A DNA stretch of 64,000 nt, taken from IMG/VR virus record IMGVR_UViG_3300044878_000205, positions 12,589-76,588 of that record. The stretch is one strand, 5' to 3'. Positions 44,525 to 53,815 of the stretch are shown in pieces (positions within the stretch are counted from its first letter, which is position 1; the number at the start of each line of letters is the position of its first letter). The DNA comes from a virus. Lineage: Duplodnaviria > Caudoviricetes. The translations under genes were made by a program, and so were the position numbers. The notes beneath the pieces were generated by a model that was given only the letters and a program-made list of their open reading frames with translations, ran no database searches and was not told where the DNA came from.

Positions 44525-45042
44525 GCCCCGCGGCGTGGAAGCTGACGGTGCTCGGGGTGGTGCTCCTGGTGCTGCTCAGCGCGGCCGGTGTGTGGCAGGT
44601 CCAGGACTGGCGCTATGGTCAGCAGCTGGCCCAGCAGGCCACGGCCCATCAAGCCGATCTGACCGTCCTGGGCAATGCCGCGGCGGCCCAGCTGCAGACC
44701 GATCAAGCCCGGCGCCTGGCCCTCGAGCAGCGCTTGGCCACCCTCGATCAATCCCACCACAAGGAACTGTCCGATGCGCACACCCTGCAGGCTCGCCTGC
44801 GTGACCGCCTGGCTACTGCTGATCTGCGGCTGTCAGTCCTCCTCGCCACGCCTGCAGCCGGTGGCGACCCAGTGCCCGCCACCCCCGGCACCGGCGGCGT
44901 GGTTCATGGAGGCGCGCGCGGCGAACTTGACCGAGCGGCTGCTCAACGAATTGTCGCCATCACCGGCGCCGGCGATGACGGACTGATTGCCCTGGCGGCC
45001 TGTCAGGCCTATGTGCGTGAGATCACGGCGCGGCCCCCATAG
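44521..45042 (+). CDS. Rz: Rz-like i-spanin
   Basis: Homolog of 5890-6459. Confidence 0.85.
   Translation: MSPAAWKLTVLGVVLLVLLSAAGVWQVQDWRYGQQLAQQATAHQADLTVLGNAAAAQLQTDQARRLALEQRLATLDQSHHKELSDAHTLQARLRDRLATADLRLSVLLATPAAGGDPVPATPGTGGVVHGGARGELDRAAAQRIVAITGAGDDGLIALAACQAYVREITARPP
44774..44986 (+). CDS. Rz1: Rz1-like o-spanin (nested)
   Basis: Lipobox-like LICG-C, Pro-rich; homolog of 6143. Confidence 0.8.
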   Translation: MRTPCRLACVTAWLLLICGCQSSSPRLQPVATQCPPPPAPAAWFMEARAANLTERLLNELSPSPAPAMTD

Positions 45043-45280
45043 GCACGGGCGCCGCGGCCCCGGCCACGCTGGGGGCGAACGAAACGTTTTGATTTGCGGA
45101 CGGGTTGGCGACTACTATCGGTGGGCGCCGGGTGGGACGATGGTGTCTTTTGGAGCGTTGCGCTCCGGTCCCGCGGAAAAATATTAAACAGTATTGATGT
45201 TAAATACACGGCGCCTTTGCTATGCTTTTGCCGTCTGGCACGAAAGCCAGGGAAGAATTAGAACTAAAATAAGGGCTTAG

Positions 45281-45358
45281 AAAAAAGAAAACCCCAGGCC
45301 GGCAAGCCTAGGGTTTTCGGTGATCGATCCGCAAAACAAACTCCGGAAGACCCTCGCA
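45281..45358 (-). ncRNA. Putative CopA-like antisense RNA, unit 3
   Basis: TTGCAC-N17-TAAACT (45393-45365), hairpin 45287-45318 + U-run. Confidence 0.65.
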
Positions 45359-45414
45359 GGTCGGAGTTTAGTGGACGGTCCCCTTCTGTGCAAGCCCGTT
45401 GCTGGGGAGCAACC

Positions 45415-45513
45415 ATGCTGCATTTCGACCGTTTGCCGCGGCTACATCCGCGGTCCGTCCGCACCACCCGCACCCTTGCCGCCGCTGTCGGCGTCGTAAG
45501 GGGCTCGCTATGA
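45415..45513 (+). CDS. Tap-like leader peptide (32 aa)
   Basis: MLHFDRLPRLHPRSVRTTRTLAAAVGVVRGSL; ATGA overlap with repA preserved despite +21 nt. Confidence 0.7.
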   Translation: MLHFDRLPRLHPRSVRTTRTLAAAVGVVRGSL

Positions 45514-46403
45514 GCCTGCGTGTGGTCAAGTCGTTTCTCCCGGCGGGCTCGCCGGCCAGCGCGGTGTATGCCGCCCTCGATGCCGCCCTCGATGCGCCTG
45601 CCGCCGCCCCGCAACAGCCCCCCTTTAAGAAAGTCCTGCCGCCGGTCGGCCATATGGCCGTGCGTCGTCCGCGCCGTTTGTCGGCCAAGCAGGCGTCGAC
45701 CTTCCTCGGTGAAGCGGTCAAGCGCATCAAGGCCGAGGCCAGCGACCGCACCGGTAAATACCTGCGCTGCCTGGACACCGTGCACCAAGCCGGCGGCCGC
45801 ACCCGCGCCGAGCGCTGGCAGGCCCTGGCAGCGATTGCCGAGCCGCTGTTGGCCCGTCTGGACATTGCCACCGGCTGCCTGGGCTACCTGGACCAACACG
45901 GCCAGTTCCGCCTCAACCGGCAGAACGGCTTGGCCGAGGATGCCGGCATCAGCCCGACCCGCCTGTGCCGGCTGCTGAAGGCCCTGGAGAAAGCCAAGTA
46001 CACCCTGCGCAAGATCAAGCGCCTGTATCGCAACGGTAAGCGCTGGGTCTGCCGCATCACCATCTATGTGCGCCCGCGCTTCTTTATCGACCTCGGCCTG
46101 GGCTTCCTGCACGCCGCCTCGCGCACCGCCAAGGCCAAGGCCTACCTGAAGAAGCGCCGCCAGGCGCAGGCCGTGCAGCAGCAAGCGCTGCTCGATGACG
46201 TGGCCGCCGCGCATGACCGGCGCATGAGCCACCGCAACGCCGAGGCCGCCCGCGCCGAGACGCGCAAGGCCGCCGAGAACACCTCGCGCATCCAAGCGCT
46301 GCAGCACAAGGCCGGTGTCCTCTCGGACCTGGCCAAAGCCCACCCGGGCAAGGGCCATGCCGAGTTGATGGCCCTCTACCACCAGCTCCACCCCGCCTCC
46401 TGA
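45510..46403 (+). CDS. repA: IncFII RepA-like replication initiator
   Basis: Homolog of 6868-7761. Confidence 0.65.
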   Translation: MSLRVVKSFLPAGSPASAVYAALDAALDAPAAAPQQPPFKKVLPPVGHMAVRRPRRLSAKQASTFLGEAVKRIKAEASDRTGKYLRCLDTVHQAGGRTRAERWQALAAIAEPLLARLDIATGCLGYLDQHGQFRLNRQNGLAEDAGISPTRLCRLLKALEKAKYTLRKIKRLYRNGKRWVCRITIYVRPRFFIDLGLGFLHAASRTAKAKAYLKKRRQAQAVQQQALLDDVAAAHDRRMSHRNAEAARAETRKAAENTSRIQALQHKAGVLSDLAKAHPGKGHAELMALYHQLHPAS

Positions 46404-46570
46404 GCCCCGCTCAACCCGCCCCGCTACCGGCGGTGCGTTCGCGTGTCCGCTCGTCTGTCAGCCCCGCACAACCCCCTGTCCTACGCCGTTTACGGTCCCC
46501 GCCACGCCAGTTTTCTCACGCCAATTCCCCTGCAGCCCCGTCCTTTTCCCGCGCGCCCGTCCAGGCCCCT

Positions 46571-46739
46571 AAAGCCTTTGGAATAACTGCAATTTTAGAG
46601 GTCGAGTGGTACCACCCAAGGGTTAGAAACAGAGCCTTTCGGTTCAGTGGAGTGCTCTAGATCGGGACCTGACTCGATGCCATAGAAAGAATGCCTGCCC
46701 ACTTCGCGCCTGGAGGCGCGGGGCAAGGGCACCCCTCGG
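46571..46739. other. Candidate replication origin
   Basis: Conserved with 7930-8097. Confidence 0.45.
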
Positions 46740-47262
46740 CGTCGGTGCCGCCGCCGTTCCGTCAGTGAGGCGCCCTCCAGTTGCTGTGGGCCGGTCGGCG
46801 AGCGATTCCGACCGCCACACCGCGTGCCGTCCCTTCGCGCCTTCACGCGCCGCCTGCGGCCAGTCAGTCGCGCAAGCGCTCCAGTGATCAATGAGCGGGG
46901 TGGGCTTGCCGATTTTTCCCAGCCTGAAGCGCCGCGTGGCCTGTTCGGGCGTCGTCGGGTCTTCAGGTAAGGCGTGGCGTCAGGTAAGGCGGCGCGTGGT
47001 GCAGGCGCGCTGTGGTGGGCTCGGGCGTCAGGGCTGGTGCGCGCTCGGCCGGCGCGAAGGGACGGCGGGCGGTGGCGGTGGTCGCTGGATCTGCCGCCCG
47101 TGGCGAAATGTCTGAAAGCCTTGCGCGGCATGGCTTGCCGACCGTTTTTAACGTGAGAAGTTTCATAGGCGAATTAGCGAATTAGCTATTGAGATAAGCC
47201 GGTCGCTATGTAAAATGCCTCGTCCCCGGGCATTCCTGCCTGGCCCAGATGGAGCTGTGCCG

Positions 47263-47490
47263 TTGAGTTGCCAAGCCTTACACACCCAAATGAAGGAACA
47301 TGCCCGGTGTCTGTCCCTGCCTCAAGTGGTCCGGTCGATTGAGAACCTGGGCGGCGGGAACTTGCCGGCGATTGAGCTGATCTTGCGCAGCCTGCTGCTC
47401 GATGTGTACGCCGAGCGTCAGGGCCTCGAGGCCGCCCGGCGGCTGATGGCGCAGGTGGGCATTGCCCAGCCGGGCGTGTTGCTGGCATAA
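47263..47490 (+). CDS. Hypothetical protein
   Basis: Homolog of 8594-8821. Confidence 0.6.
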   Translation: MSCQALHTQMKEHARCLSLPQVVRSIENLGGGNLPAIELILRSLLLDVYAERQGLEAARRLMAQVGIAQPGVLLA

Positions 47491-47529
47491 CCTGAACTCC
47501 TCCCGGTGCGACTGAAAGGAACCCCCGCC

Positions 47530-47754
47530 ATGCCGATGATCGACAGTGACACTTTCAAAGCCGAACTGGATGCCGCGAACGCTGCCCGCGAAGCGCTGGT
47601 AGACCATCAGATTTTGCCGAAGCCGTATGATCGTGAGTGGCATCAAGCCGAAGGCGTGCGTCTGCTGGAGGCCTATCAGGCCGCCACCAATACGCTGGCC
47701 CATCAAATGAAAAGAGTGGTCGAGCTGGCCGAGACCGTGGCCCTGATTGGGTAG
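47530..47754 (+). CDS. Hypothetical protein (cassette 1)
   Basis: Shared gaaaggaacccccgccATG leader. Confidence 0.7.
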   Translation: MPMIDSDTFKAELDAANAAREALVDHQILPKPYDREWHQAEGVRLLEAYQAATNTLAHQMKRVVELAETVALIG

Positions 47755-47796
47755 GCCCGTCGCGTTACCCCTAACGAACTGAAAGGAACCCCCGCC

Positions 47797-48045
47797 ATGT
47801 TCGACGAGTCCCCGCCGCTCACCGATGCCCAGGTCGCGGCCTTGGCCAAGCCCGGCGAAAGCTGGGCGGCCGCCCGCGACCGCGCCGCGCGCTTGTACCG
47901 CTGCGTGGTCGAGTGCTGGCCGTGCCCCGTCTGCAACGCCGGCGGCGTGCAGCCGTATGGCGGCTGGATTGAGGATGAGTTCAACGGCTGCGGCACTTGC
48001 GCCGCGATGTGGCGACATTTGCCCAAGCGCCCGAATAGTTTTTGA
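47797..48045 (+). CDS. Cys-rich hypothetical protein (cassette 2)
   Basis: Shared leader; CxxC motifs. Confidence 0.7.
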   Translation: MFDESPPLTDAQVAALAKPGESWAAARDRAARLYRCVVECWPCPVCNAGGVQPYGGWIEDEFNGCGTCAAMWRHLPKRPNSF

Positions 48046-48064
48046 CGAGAAAGGAACCCCCGCC

Positions 48065-48316
48065 ATGGAAAAAATAGTCCCGATTGACATTGATGAAAGT
48101 TGCGTCGAGCTGGTGCAGCGCTTCCAGGCCCTCGACCGCCAGGTCAACGACATGATCTTTGGCCCGCCGGGCTACGATCATGCGGTTGTGGAGGCGTTGC
48201 AGACTGAGCGCGCCAATGTCAGCAACCTGGCCATGTTTCACCTCGGCGTGGCGTTCCGGACGTGTGGCTATTTCGATGGACCGGGCGAAGCCGCCTCGAG
48301 GGAAATCGAAGAGTAG
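48065..48316 (+). CDS. Hypothetical protein (cassette 3)
   Basis: Shared leader; start reassigned to 48065. Confidence 0.7.
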   Translation: MEKIVPIDIDESCVELVQRFQALDRQVNDMIFGPPGYDHAVVEALQTERANVSNLAMFHLGVAFRTCGYFDGPGEAASREIEE

Positions 48317-48321
48317 GCCGC

Positions 48322-48349
48322 GTTACCCATAACGCCGTTTATGTGAAAT
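48322..48349 (+). other. XerC/XerD dif-like recombination site
   Basis: gttacccataa-cgccgt-ttatgtgaaat; 11-6-11, left arm ends CATAA as in dif, right arm 10/11 to TTATGTTAAAT. Confidence 0.8.
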
Positions 48350-48484
48350 CGGCCCCCCCCTTTCGACCAAAGGTGGGGGCCTTTTTTTGTGCTCGCCGTT
48401 ACCAGAATGCTATAAAATGGACTACCGTTTTATAGTGTTCTGGTTTTACGCAGAGCCCGCCACTCACTCGAAAGGAAACCGCCC

Positions 48485-48778
48485 GTGCCCTGTTACACGC
48501 TCTACGACGAAGACCGAAACCCGCGAGGCCATCTGTGTGGCGACCTGGGCGCGCATTGCGGTGAGTGCGGTGACCTCGGCACGAACCTGTGCGATTACCC
48601 GGTGGGTCAAGGCAAGACCTGCGACCGCCTGCTGTGCGATTACCACGCCCAACTGATCGCGCCGAACCTGCATTACTGCAGCCCGCATGCAGTCGAGTGG
48701 CGCGCGTTTCGCGATGCCGGCGGCGTGCGCCAGGAGCTGGAGAACGTGATTGCCTTTAAGGAGGAAAAGAAGAAATGA
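48485..48778 (+). CDS. Cys/His-rich hypothetical protein, unit-3 specific
   Basis: aaagga RBS; LCDYP...TCDRLLC..H...HYC..H. Confidence 0.7.
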   Translation: MPCYTLYDEDRNPRGHLCGDLGAHCGECGDLGTNLCDYPVGQGKTCDRLLCDYHAQLIAPNLHYCSPHAVEWRAFRDAGGVRQELENVIAFKEEKKK

Positions 48779-48981
48779 ACAACCGTCACGGCCTGGACGT
48801 GGACCGGTTCCGCCGCAAGGTGCTGCGCCTGGCGCGTGACCTGGAGCAGTCCACCCCGGTCGAATTCGCCCGGGCTTGTGCACGTCTGTCGCGTGCGGCT
48901 GACGCGGCGCTGTCGGCTCAGGCAGAGTACGCCCGCCCAGGGCCGGCCCTCGACGATTTAGACCTGCAGGAGGAGCGCTAA
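48775..48981 (+). CDS. Hypothetical protein
   Basis: Homolog of 10675. Confidence 0.7.
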   Translation: MNNRHGLDVDRFRRKVLRLARDLEQSTPVEFARACARLSRAADAALSAQAEYARPGPALDDLDLQEER

Positions 48982-49379
48982 TGCCCCGTTATTGGATTCG
49001 CTACACCGTGACCAACGCGCGCCGCAGCTCGGAGCACACGCGCACCCTCGACACCGAGTTTCCGCTGGAATACGACAGCGATATCGCGGCGCTGCAAAAG
49101 ACCTTGGAGGCCGCCCGCGGCCCCGGCAGCACCGTGACCCTGACCACCTGGCGCGAACTCAAGGGCGAGTCGCGCTACGTCGATCCGTGGTCGACCCTCA
49201 GCAACCCCTTGGCCAATCCGCAACAGCCGGTGGGCTGGCTGTACACCCTGCACCTGGATGACGCGCGCACCGTCACCCGCTTCAGCTGGACCCCGGAGAA
49301 CCCGTTCGGTGAGCTCGACGCCGGCCAGGCACTGACGGTGTCGCGGCTGCGGCTGGACCTGGACGAGGCGGCGCCGTGA
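48981..49379 (+). CDS. Hypothetical protein
   Basis: Homolog of 10881. Confidence 0.75.
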   Translation: MPRYWIRYTVTNARRSSEHTRTLDTEFPLEYDSDIAALQKTLEAARGPGSTVTLTTWRELKGESRYVDPWSTLSNPLANPQQPVGWLYTLHLDDARTVTRFSWTPENPFGELDAGQALTVSRLRLDLDEAAP

Positions 49380-49477
49380 GACATGCGCAAACCATCCCCC
49401 TCGGTGGGGCAGTTGGCCGCGCCGCGCCGCTGTGGCAAGGTGCGTGCCAGTCTCACGGATTTGAAACGAGGGTATGC

Positions 49478-49729
49478 ATGATTGGGAAGTCACTGGATGA
49501 GGACGCATTGCGCCTGCTGCTGAGCCAGAACGCGGTGCGCGAGTGCAAGGTGGCCCGGCAAAAGCAGGCGCCGCAGCGCTGGACCCTGGAGGTGCGCCTG
49601 GGCGGATCGCAGGCGCGCTGGATACCGCTGCGCTCACGCCGTGAGCCGGTGCGCACCTGGGCCAGCCTGGACACCCTGGAGCGCTTCACCAATAGCGTGG
49701 GGATTCTGGCGTTTCTCGTGGAGTCGTGA
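49478..49729 (+). CDS. Small hypothetical protein
   Basis: Homolog of 11432. Confidence 0.7.
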   Translation: MIGKSLDEDALRLLLSQNAVRECKVARQKQAPQRWTLEVRLGGSQARWIPLRSRREPVRTWASLDTLERFTNSVGILAFLVES

Positions 49730-49744
49730 CCGGTCACACGCGCA

Positions 49745-49776
49745 CAAAAAAGCCCCGAACCAGTCGGGGCTTTTTG
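49745..49776. terminator. Bidirectional terminator
   Basis: Same as 11699-11730. Confidence 0.85.
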
Positions 49777-49793
49777 TTGCTGGAGGAAAGGTC

Positions 49794-49937
49794 CTAGCGG
49801 TTCCAGCGCGCCAGGGCCAAGGCTTGTTTGGTCTTGGGTGAGCAGGTGGCGAGGAAGTAGGCCATCTGCCGCGCGGAAATCTGCAGCAGTTCGTTCAGCG
49901 GTTTAGCGCGCAGGGTGATATATTCGTGCTCTGACAT
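49794..49937 (-). CDS. Small conserved protein (47 aa)
   Basis: Homolog of 11748-11891. Confidence 0.65.
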   Translation of the reverse strand: MSEHEYITLRAKPLNELLQISARQMAYFLATCSPKTKQALALARWNR

Positions 49938-50012
49938 GTCGTGTACCTTTTGCGGGGTTTCGGTGTGTTATGAGCGTCCAGGTCTTCGACCACCTGGACG
50001 CTCGCTCCCTTC

Positions 50013-50306
50013 TCAGTTGCTGGGTTCCCAGCCTTTCTTTTTCATGTAATCGGCCATCGCTTCTTTCAGCGCATCCACTTGCGCAATGTCGTTGCTCGCA
50101 CAAAAGGTGCGGAAGTTGCGGCGGTATTCGTGCGCGACCTTGAAGCCCAGGTCGACCAGTTTGTTATCGGCCGGCACCTTGGTGTTGTTGCCGACGCTGG
50201 CCGTTTCGGCGGCAGACTGGGGCGGCTCGCCCAACGTGCTGCGGCGGGGTGGCTTGGCCACTTTGACGGCGGGGGTTTCGGGGGTCTTGGCGGTCTTGGT
50301 CGGCAT
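50013..50306 (-). CDS. ParG-like RHH protein
   Basis: Homolog of 11967-12263. Confidence 0.7.
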   Translation of the reverse strand: MPTKTAKTPETPAVKVAKPPRRSTLGEPPQSAAETASVGNNTKVPADNKLVDLGFKVAHEYRRNFRTFCASNDIAQVDALKEAMADYMKKKGWEPSN

Positions 50307-50384
50307 GGCGGTGATCCTGTGGGTAGTGGTTGGAGCTTAGCAGGCATTGCGCTAATTAGCGAATTCGCTAATTAGCTGTTGAGG

Positions 50385-51038
50385 TCAGGCCGCGGTCAGC
50401 CGCTCGAAGTGGTCGACGGCGGACTGGATGACTTCCAGGGCCTTGGCGCGCGGCCCCTTGTACGGGGTTTCGATAATCGAACGGCCTTCGTTCATGGCGT
50501 TGGCATAGGCGTCCTGGTGCTGGATCGCGCCGTCGAGCACGGCAAAGCGGGTCTTGCCCAGGTATTCACGTGCCGCGTCAATCGGCGCCTTGCGCGCGGT
50601 GGCCTTGCACAAGGCGTAGACGATGCGCTCCACCGGAATGCCGTGTTGATCGACCAGGCTGTTGGCCAGGGCGACCTGGGGTTCGAGGTCATCCAGGGTC
50701 AAGCCGGTAGGCAGAATCAGCAGCTGACAGGCTTTGGCGATCCGCACGGTTTCTTCGGTGGCGTTGGCCGGGCCATCGAAAATGAACAGGTCGGCATCCC
50801 CCGCGCGGCTGAGGGCGGTGGCGACGTTGCCATACAGTTGCACGGGCACATCGGGGGTGATGTTGGCGAACAGCCGGCGGCGTTGCCAGTTGGTGGCGGT
50901 GGCTTGTTTGGTGTCGAGGTCGATGATCTTCACCGCCCAGCTGGCCTGGGTGTACGCGGTGGCGAGGGCGCGGGCGAGGGTCGATTTCCACGCGCCGCCT
51001 TTCTGAGAAATGCAGCCAATGCCGTAGGGGTTTTGCAT
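50385..51038 (-). CDS. parA: Type Ib ParA ATPase
   Basis: SQKGGAWKST; homolog of 12342-12995. Confidence 0.9.
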   Translation of the reverse strand: MQNPYGIGCISQKGGAWKSTLARALATAYTQASWAVKIIDLDTKQATATNWQRRRLFANITPDVPVQLYGNVATALSRAGDADLFIFDGPANATEETVRIAKACQLLILPTGLTLDDLEPQVALANSLVDQHGIPVERIVYALCKATARKAPIDAAREYLGKTRFAVLDGAIQHQDAYANAMNEGRSIIETPYKGPRAKALEVIQSAVDHFERLTAA

Positions 51039-51056
51039 GCGGGGTTTCCTTCTGGT

Positions 51057-51152
51057 CGAATTAGCGAATTCGCTAAGGTCGTGCCCAGTATAGGCGCCGC
51101 GGAAAAAGGTGCATAGCTAATTTGCGAATTAGCTAATGGGCTAATTCGCAAA
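51057..51152. repeat. parS/operator-like 8-bp repeat arrays
   Basis: 51057-51076 and 51114-51152; further arrays at 47169, 50351, 55897, 63888. Confidence 0.7.
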
Positions 51153-51203
51153 TCTTGGGCAGGGGGGGGGCGAGAGCGGCTGGCGGTGACGGCGGGGGCT
51201 GCG

Positions 51204-51479
51204 TTACTGCGGGCTGGCGATAGCCATCTGTCCGGTCAGGTCGGACAGATGATCGGAGCTTTCCAACAACTGCGCGGCCAGTTCTGCGATGCGTTCCAGG
51301 GCATTTAGATCTCCTTCATTAATGGCCACCGTGGCGATTGCCCGAATGCCGGCGAGGCCCGCGCTGTTGCGGGTCAGGCGGGTAAACAGGTAGCGCTGGG
51401 TGTCTTCGGTGAACAACACCACGCCATCCATCAGCAGGGGGTTGTTGGGGGAAAGGGCCGCATTAATTCCTTTAGTCAT
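51204..51479 (-). CDS. Hypothetical protein
   Basis: Homolog of 13149-13400. Confidence 0.65.
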   Translation of the reverse strand: MTKGINAALSPNNPLLMDGVVLFTEDTQRYLFTRLTRNSAGLAGIRAIATVAINEGDLNALERIAELAAQLLESSDHLSDLTGQMAIASPQ

Positions 51480-51561
51480 CAGATTACTACCTTGCAAACT
51501 GTTAATTACACTTATGCTGTAAGTGTTGGGCGTAAGAACGCCCCGTGAGGGGCATTGGGAT

Positions 51562-52221
51562 TTAGCGAAGGTGAGCGATCATTCTAACGCGCCCAAGGAT
51601 GTGCATGCCGTCCATTGTTTGGGCGCTGACCTGTTCGTCGGGAAAACGCTCGCGCAGCTCAGCCTGAATGCAATACGAGCCGTCGATGTTCTGCCGAATC
51701 CAGCGCAGCCACAGGCGGCCGTTAATGATCAAGGCGAACAGGTCATCTTGCTGCACTTTGGTGTCGGTCAGGTCGATCAACACCCGGTCATCCTTGGTGA
51801 TGACCCCGCTCATGCTGTCATCGGGGGCGACCACCAGCAGCAGGCGCTCGCGGTCCAGCTTGAACTCTTTGAGAAAGGTTTTGCGAAAGGCCAGGGCGTC
51901 GTCGCCGAGCTCAATCAAGCCCTTGGCTGTGGAGATCGGTTCAGCCAGGGGCACGGTGTAGCGCGCCGCTTCCGGTGAGGTGCCGTCGTCGTCGGAGAGC
52001 GCCGCGAGCCAGGCGGCGGGCTTGCCAAACAACTGGCTGAGGGCAATCAGGATGTCGCCGGGCGGGATGTTGATCCCCAGTTCCCAGTTGCCATAGCGCG
52101 AGGGGATCACTTTGTTCTGGACGATGGCCGACAGGTTTTGCGCGGTCTCTTGATAAGTCCAGCCTTTGGCGGCGCGGCACGCCTTCAGGCGGGCGGAAAT
52201 CTTGGGGCGAATATCAAACAT
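51562..52221 (-). CDS. CI-like repressor
   Basis: Near-identical to 13482-14141. Confidence 0.85.
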   Translation of the reverse strand: MFDIRPKISARLKACRAAKGWTYQETAQNLSAIVQNKVIPSRYGNWELGINIPPGDILIALSQLFGKPAAWLAALSDDDGTSPEAARYTVPLAEPISTAKGLIELGDDALAFRKTFLKEFKLDRERLLLVVAPDDSMSGVITKDDRVLIDLTDTKVQQDDLFALIINGRLWLRWIRQNIDGSYCIQAELRERFPDEQVSAQTMDGMHILGRVRMIAHLR

Positions 52222-52347
52222 GGGTATCTCGACCTTTTGTCTACTGCCCTAAATATACACGCAAACTGTAAAATAACATTCAAGCTGTTGTTTTTTTCTG
52301 AGAGGTCCCTAGAATAACCAGTAATACTGTTTAAAACAGGTTTCTCT

Positions 52348-52578
52348 GTGGAACTCAACGACTGGATTGACAGCCTGGCCCCGACCGCCGCTTCGCAAGT
52401 GGCGGCCGATCTGCTCGGCGAAAAGCGCCGCACCGTGGACTCCTGGCGGCGCTTTGAAAACCCGCCGGGCTTTCGTTCGGCGCTGAACATTGTCCGCCGC
52501 TCGAAGGGTCTGGTCGACTTCAACGGTATTTTTGACCCGCATGTGCGGGCCCTGGAGGCCGGCCGTGGTCAGTCCTAA
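52348..52578 (+). CDS. Cro-like protein
   Basis: Homolog of 14268. Confidence 0.75.
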   Translation: MELNDWIDSLAPTAASQVAADLLGEKRRTVDSWRRFENPPGFRSALNIVRRSKGLVDFNGIFDPHVRALEAGRGQS

Positions 52579-53158
52579 GCCATGGCTGTGGTCGTCGCTG
52601 GTGATCAGCAAAAAGCTCGAGCAGCGCTTTGGCCTGATCGGTATGGCCCGCCTATTAAAGCTGGTGGAGCTGGTCGCCGACCGCCTGCCAGCCGAAGGGC
52701 CGTTGACCGTGGTGCTGGCCTGGGGCGATTTCCTCACCGAGCTGAGCTGCAGCCAGGAGCAGGCCACCGAGTTCCTCGCCTATTGCGACCATGCCCGCGT
52801 GCTGGATCAGGCCACCGAGGACGGTCGCCTGCGCCTGACCCTGGTCGGCGAACTGGCCAGCCGCTTGCGTCCGGCGGTGCCGGACCCGCAGCCGCAGTCC
52901 TCCGGGCGCCTGTTGTTTGACACCGATAAGCAGTGGGCGGACTGGTTTAAAGATGACCTCAACTGCCCGCCGTACCTGGCCAATGATCCGCTGACCCGCC
53001 AATTGTTTCGCCGCTGGTGTGCCACCAACGTCACCGTCGATGAAGTCGAGGCCGCCACCGAGCGCGCCCTGGCCGCCGGTGAGGCGCCGCTGCCGGCGCT
53101 GCTGCACGACCACCTGAAAGTCATCCGTCAAGCCAAAATCGACCGCGCGCAGGCCTAA
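52565..53158 (+). CDS. Hypothetical early protein
   Basis: Homolog of 14485; GTG start inferred. Confidence 0.72.
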   Translation: MVSPKPWLWSSLVISKKLEQRFGLIGMARLLKLVELVADRLPAEGPLTVVLAWGDFLTELSCSQEQATEFLAYCDHARVLDQATEDGRLRLTLVGELASRLRPAVPDPQPQSSGRLLFDTDKQWADWFKDDLNCPPYLANDPLTRQLFRRWCATNVTVDEVEAATERALAAGEAPLPALLHDHLKVIRQAKIDRAQA

Positions 53159-53178
53159 GCGCGGCAAGGGGAAATGCT

Positions 53179-53607
53179 GTGTTGTTGATTGCACTTTCAG
53201 GCGGCCTGCCCGCTGAACGCCTGGCCATTGCCGACCACCTGGTGGCGGCCGGCAAGGCCCGCTTAGCGGCCTATGCGCAGACCACCCCGCGCGCCGACTT
53301 CGGCGTGTCCCGCGCGCGCATCCTCGGCGAAGCCCTGGCCAGTATGGGCGGTCGCCGCGCGCTGGCCGGCGGTTTGGTGGTGGTGCATTGCCTGTCGGCC
53401 GAAGAGGCACAGGTGGTGCGCGAGCAAGGCGGGGTGCTGTGGCATGTGCATGGCAGTGTGCATTCGGGTTCGGTGCCGATTCGCCACGGCGACGTGATGG
53501 TCACCGATGGCCAGGCCGGGTACGCGCATGTGCGGGCCCCGCTCGAGGCGCTGTCCGAGCTGCTGCTGGCTCAGGGCCTGGGCAAGCGGGCCACCACCCT
53601 TGGATAG
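53179..53607 (+). CDS. Hypothetical protein (dNMP-kinase-like remnant)
   Basis: Homolog of 15099. Confidence 0.55.
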   Translation: MLLIALSGGLPAERLAIADHLVAAGKARLAAYAQTTPRADFGVSRARILGEALASMGGRRALAGGLVVVHCLSAEEAQVVREQGGVLWHVHGSVHSGSVPIRHGDVMVTDGQAGYAHVRAPLEALSELLLAQGLGKRATTLG

Positions 53608-53806
53608 CCGCGCGCTGCCGGGCTACGCCTATGACGACCCGGCGAAGATTGTCGAGGCGCAGGAGATCCGCGCCCTGGGCTGCAGCGTCTGTGTGCGCGC
53701 GGTGTTCATCTTTGATCTGCCGGTGTGCAGCAATAACTTGAAGTTCCCGGCCTGTCGCCGGGATCGCAGAAACGGCCATCAGCTGACCCCTGAAGCCGGC
53801 GGTTAA
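53600..53806 (+). CDS. Small Cys-rich protein
   Basis: Homolog of 15520. Confidence 0.6.
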   Translation: MDSRALPGYAYDDPAKIVEAQEIRALGCSVCVRAVFIFDLPVCSNNLKFPACRRDRRNGHQLTPEAGG

Positions 53807-53815
53807 GGGGCACAC

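Larger units (their letters stand above)
6458..45077 (+). mobile_element. Unit 2: complete ~38.6 kb temperate myovirus-type phage-plasmid genome (HK97 head, Mu-like tail, RepA/ParA/dif)
   Basis: Full gene set from replicon to Rz/Rz1; the sequence at 6458 (aacgaaacgttttgatttgcgg) recurs at 45078; true ends unknown. Confidence 0.9.

Noticed and set aside
29151-45042. R-type tailocin
   Set aside because: A complete terminase/portal/capsid module lies directly upstream, so this is a phage.
47509-48349. Integron attC cassettes or a CRISPR array
   Set aside because: No RYYYAAC...GTTRRRY attC hairpins, no IntI and no cas genes; the intervals between repeats are ~270-bp ORFs, not spacers.
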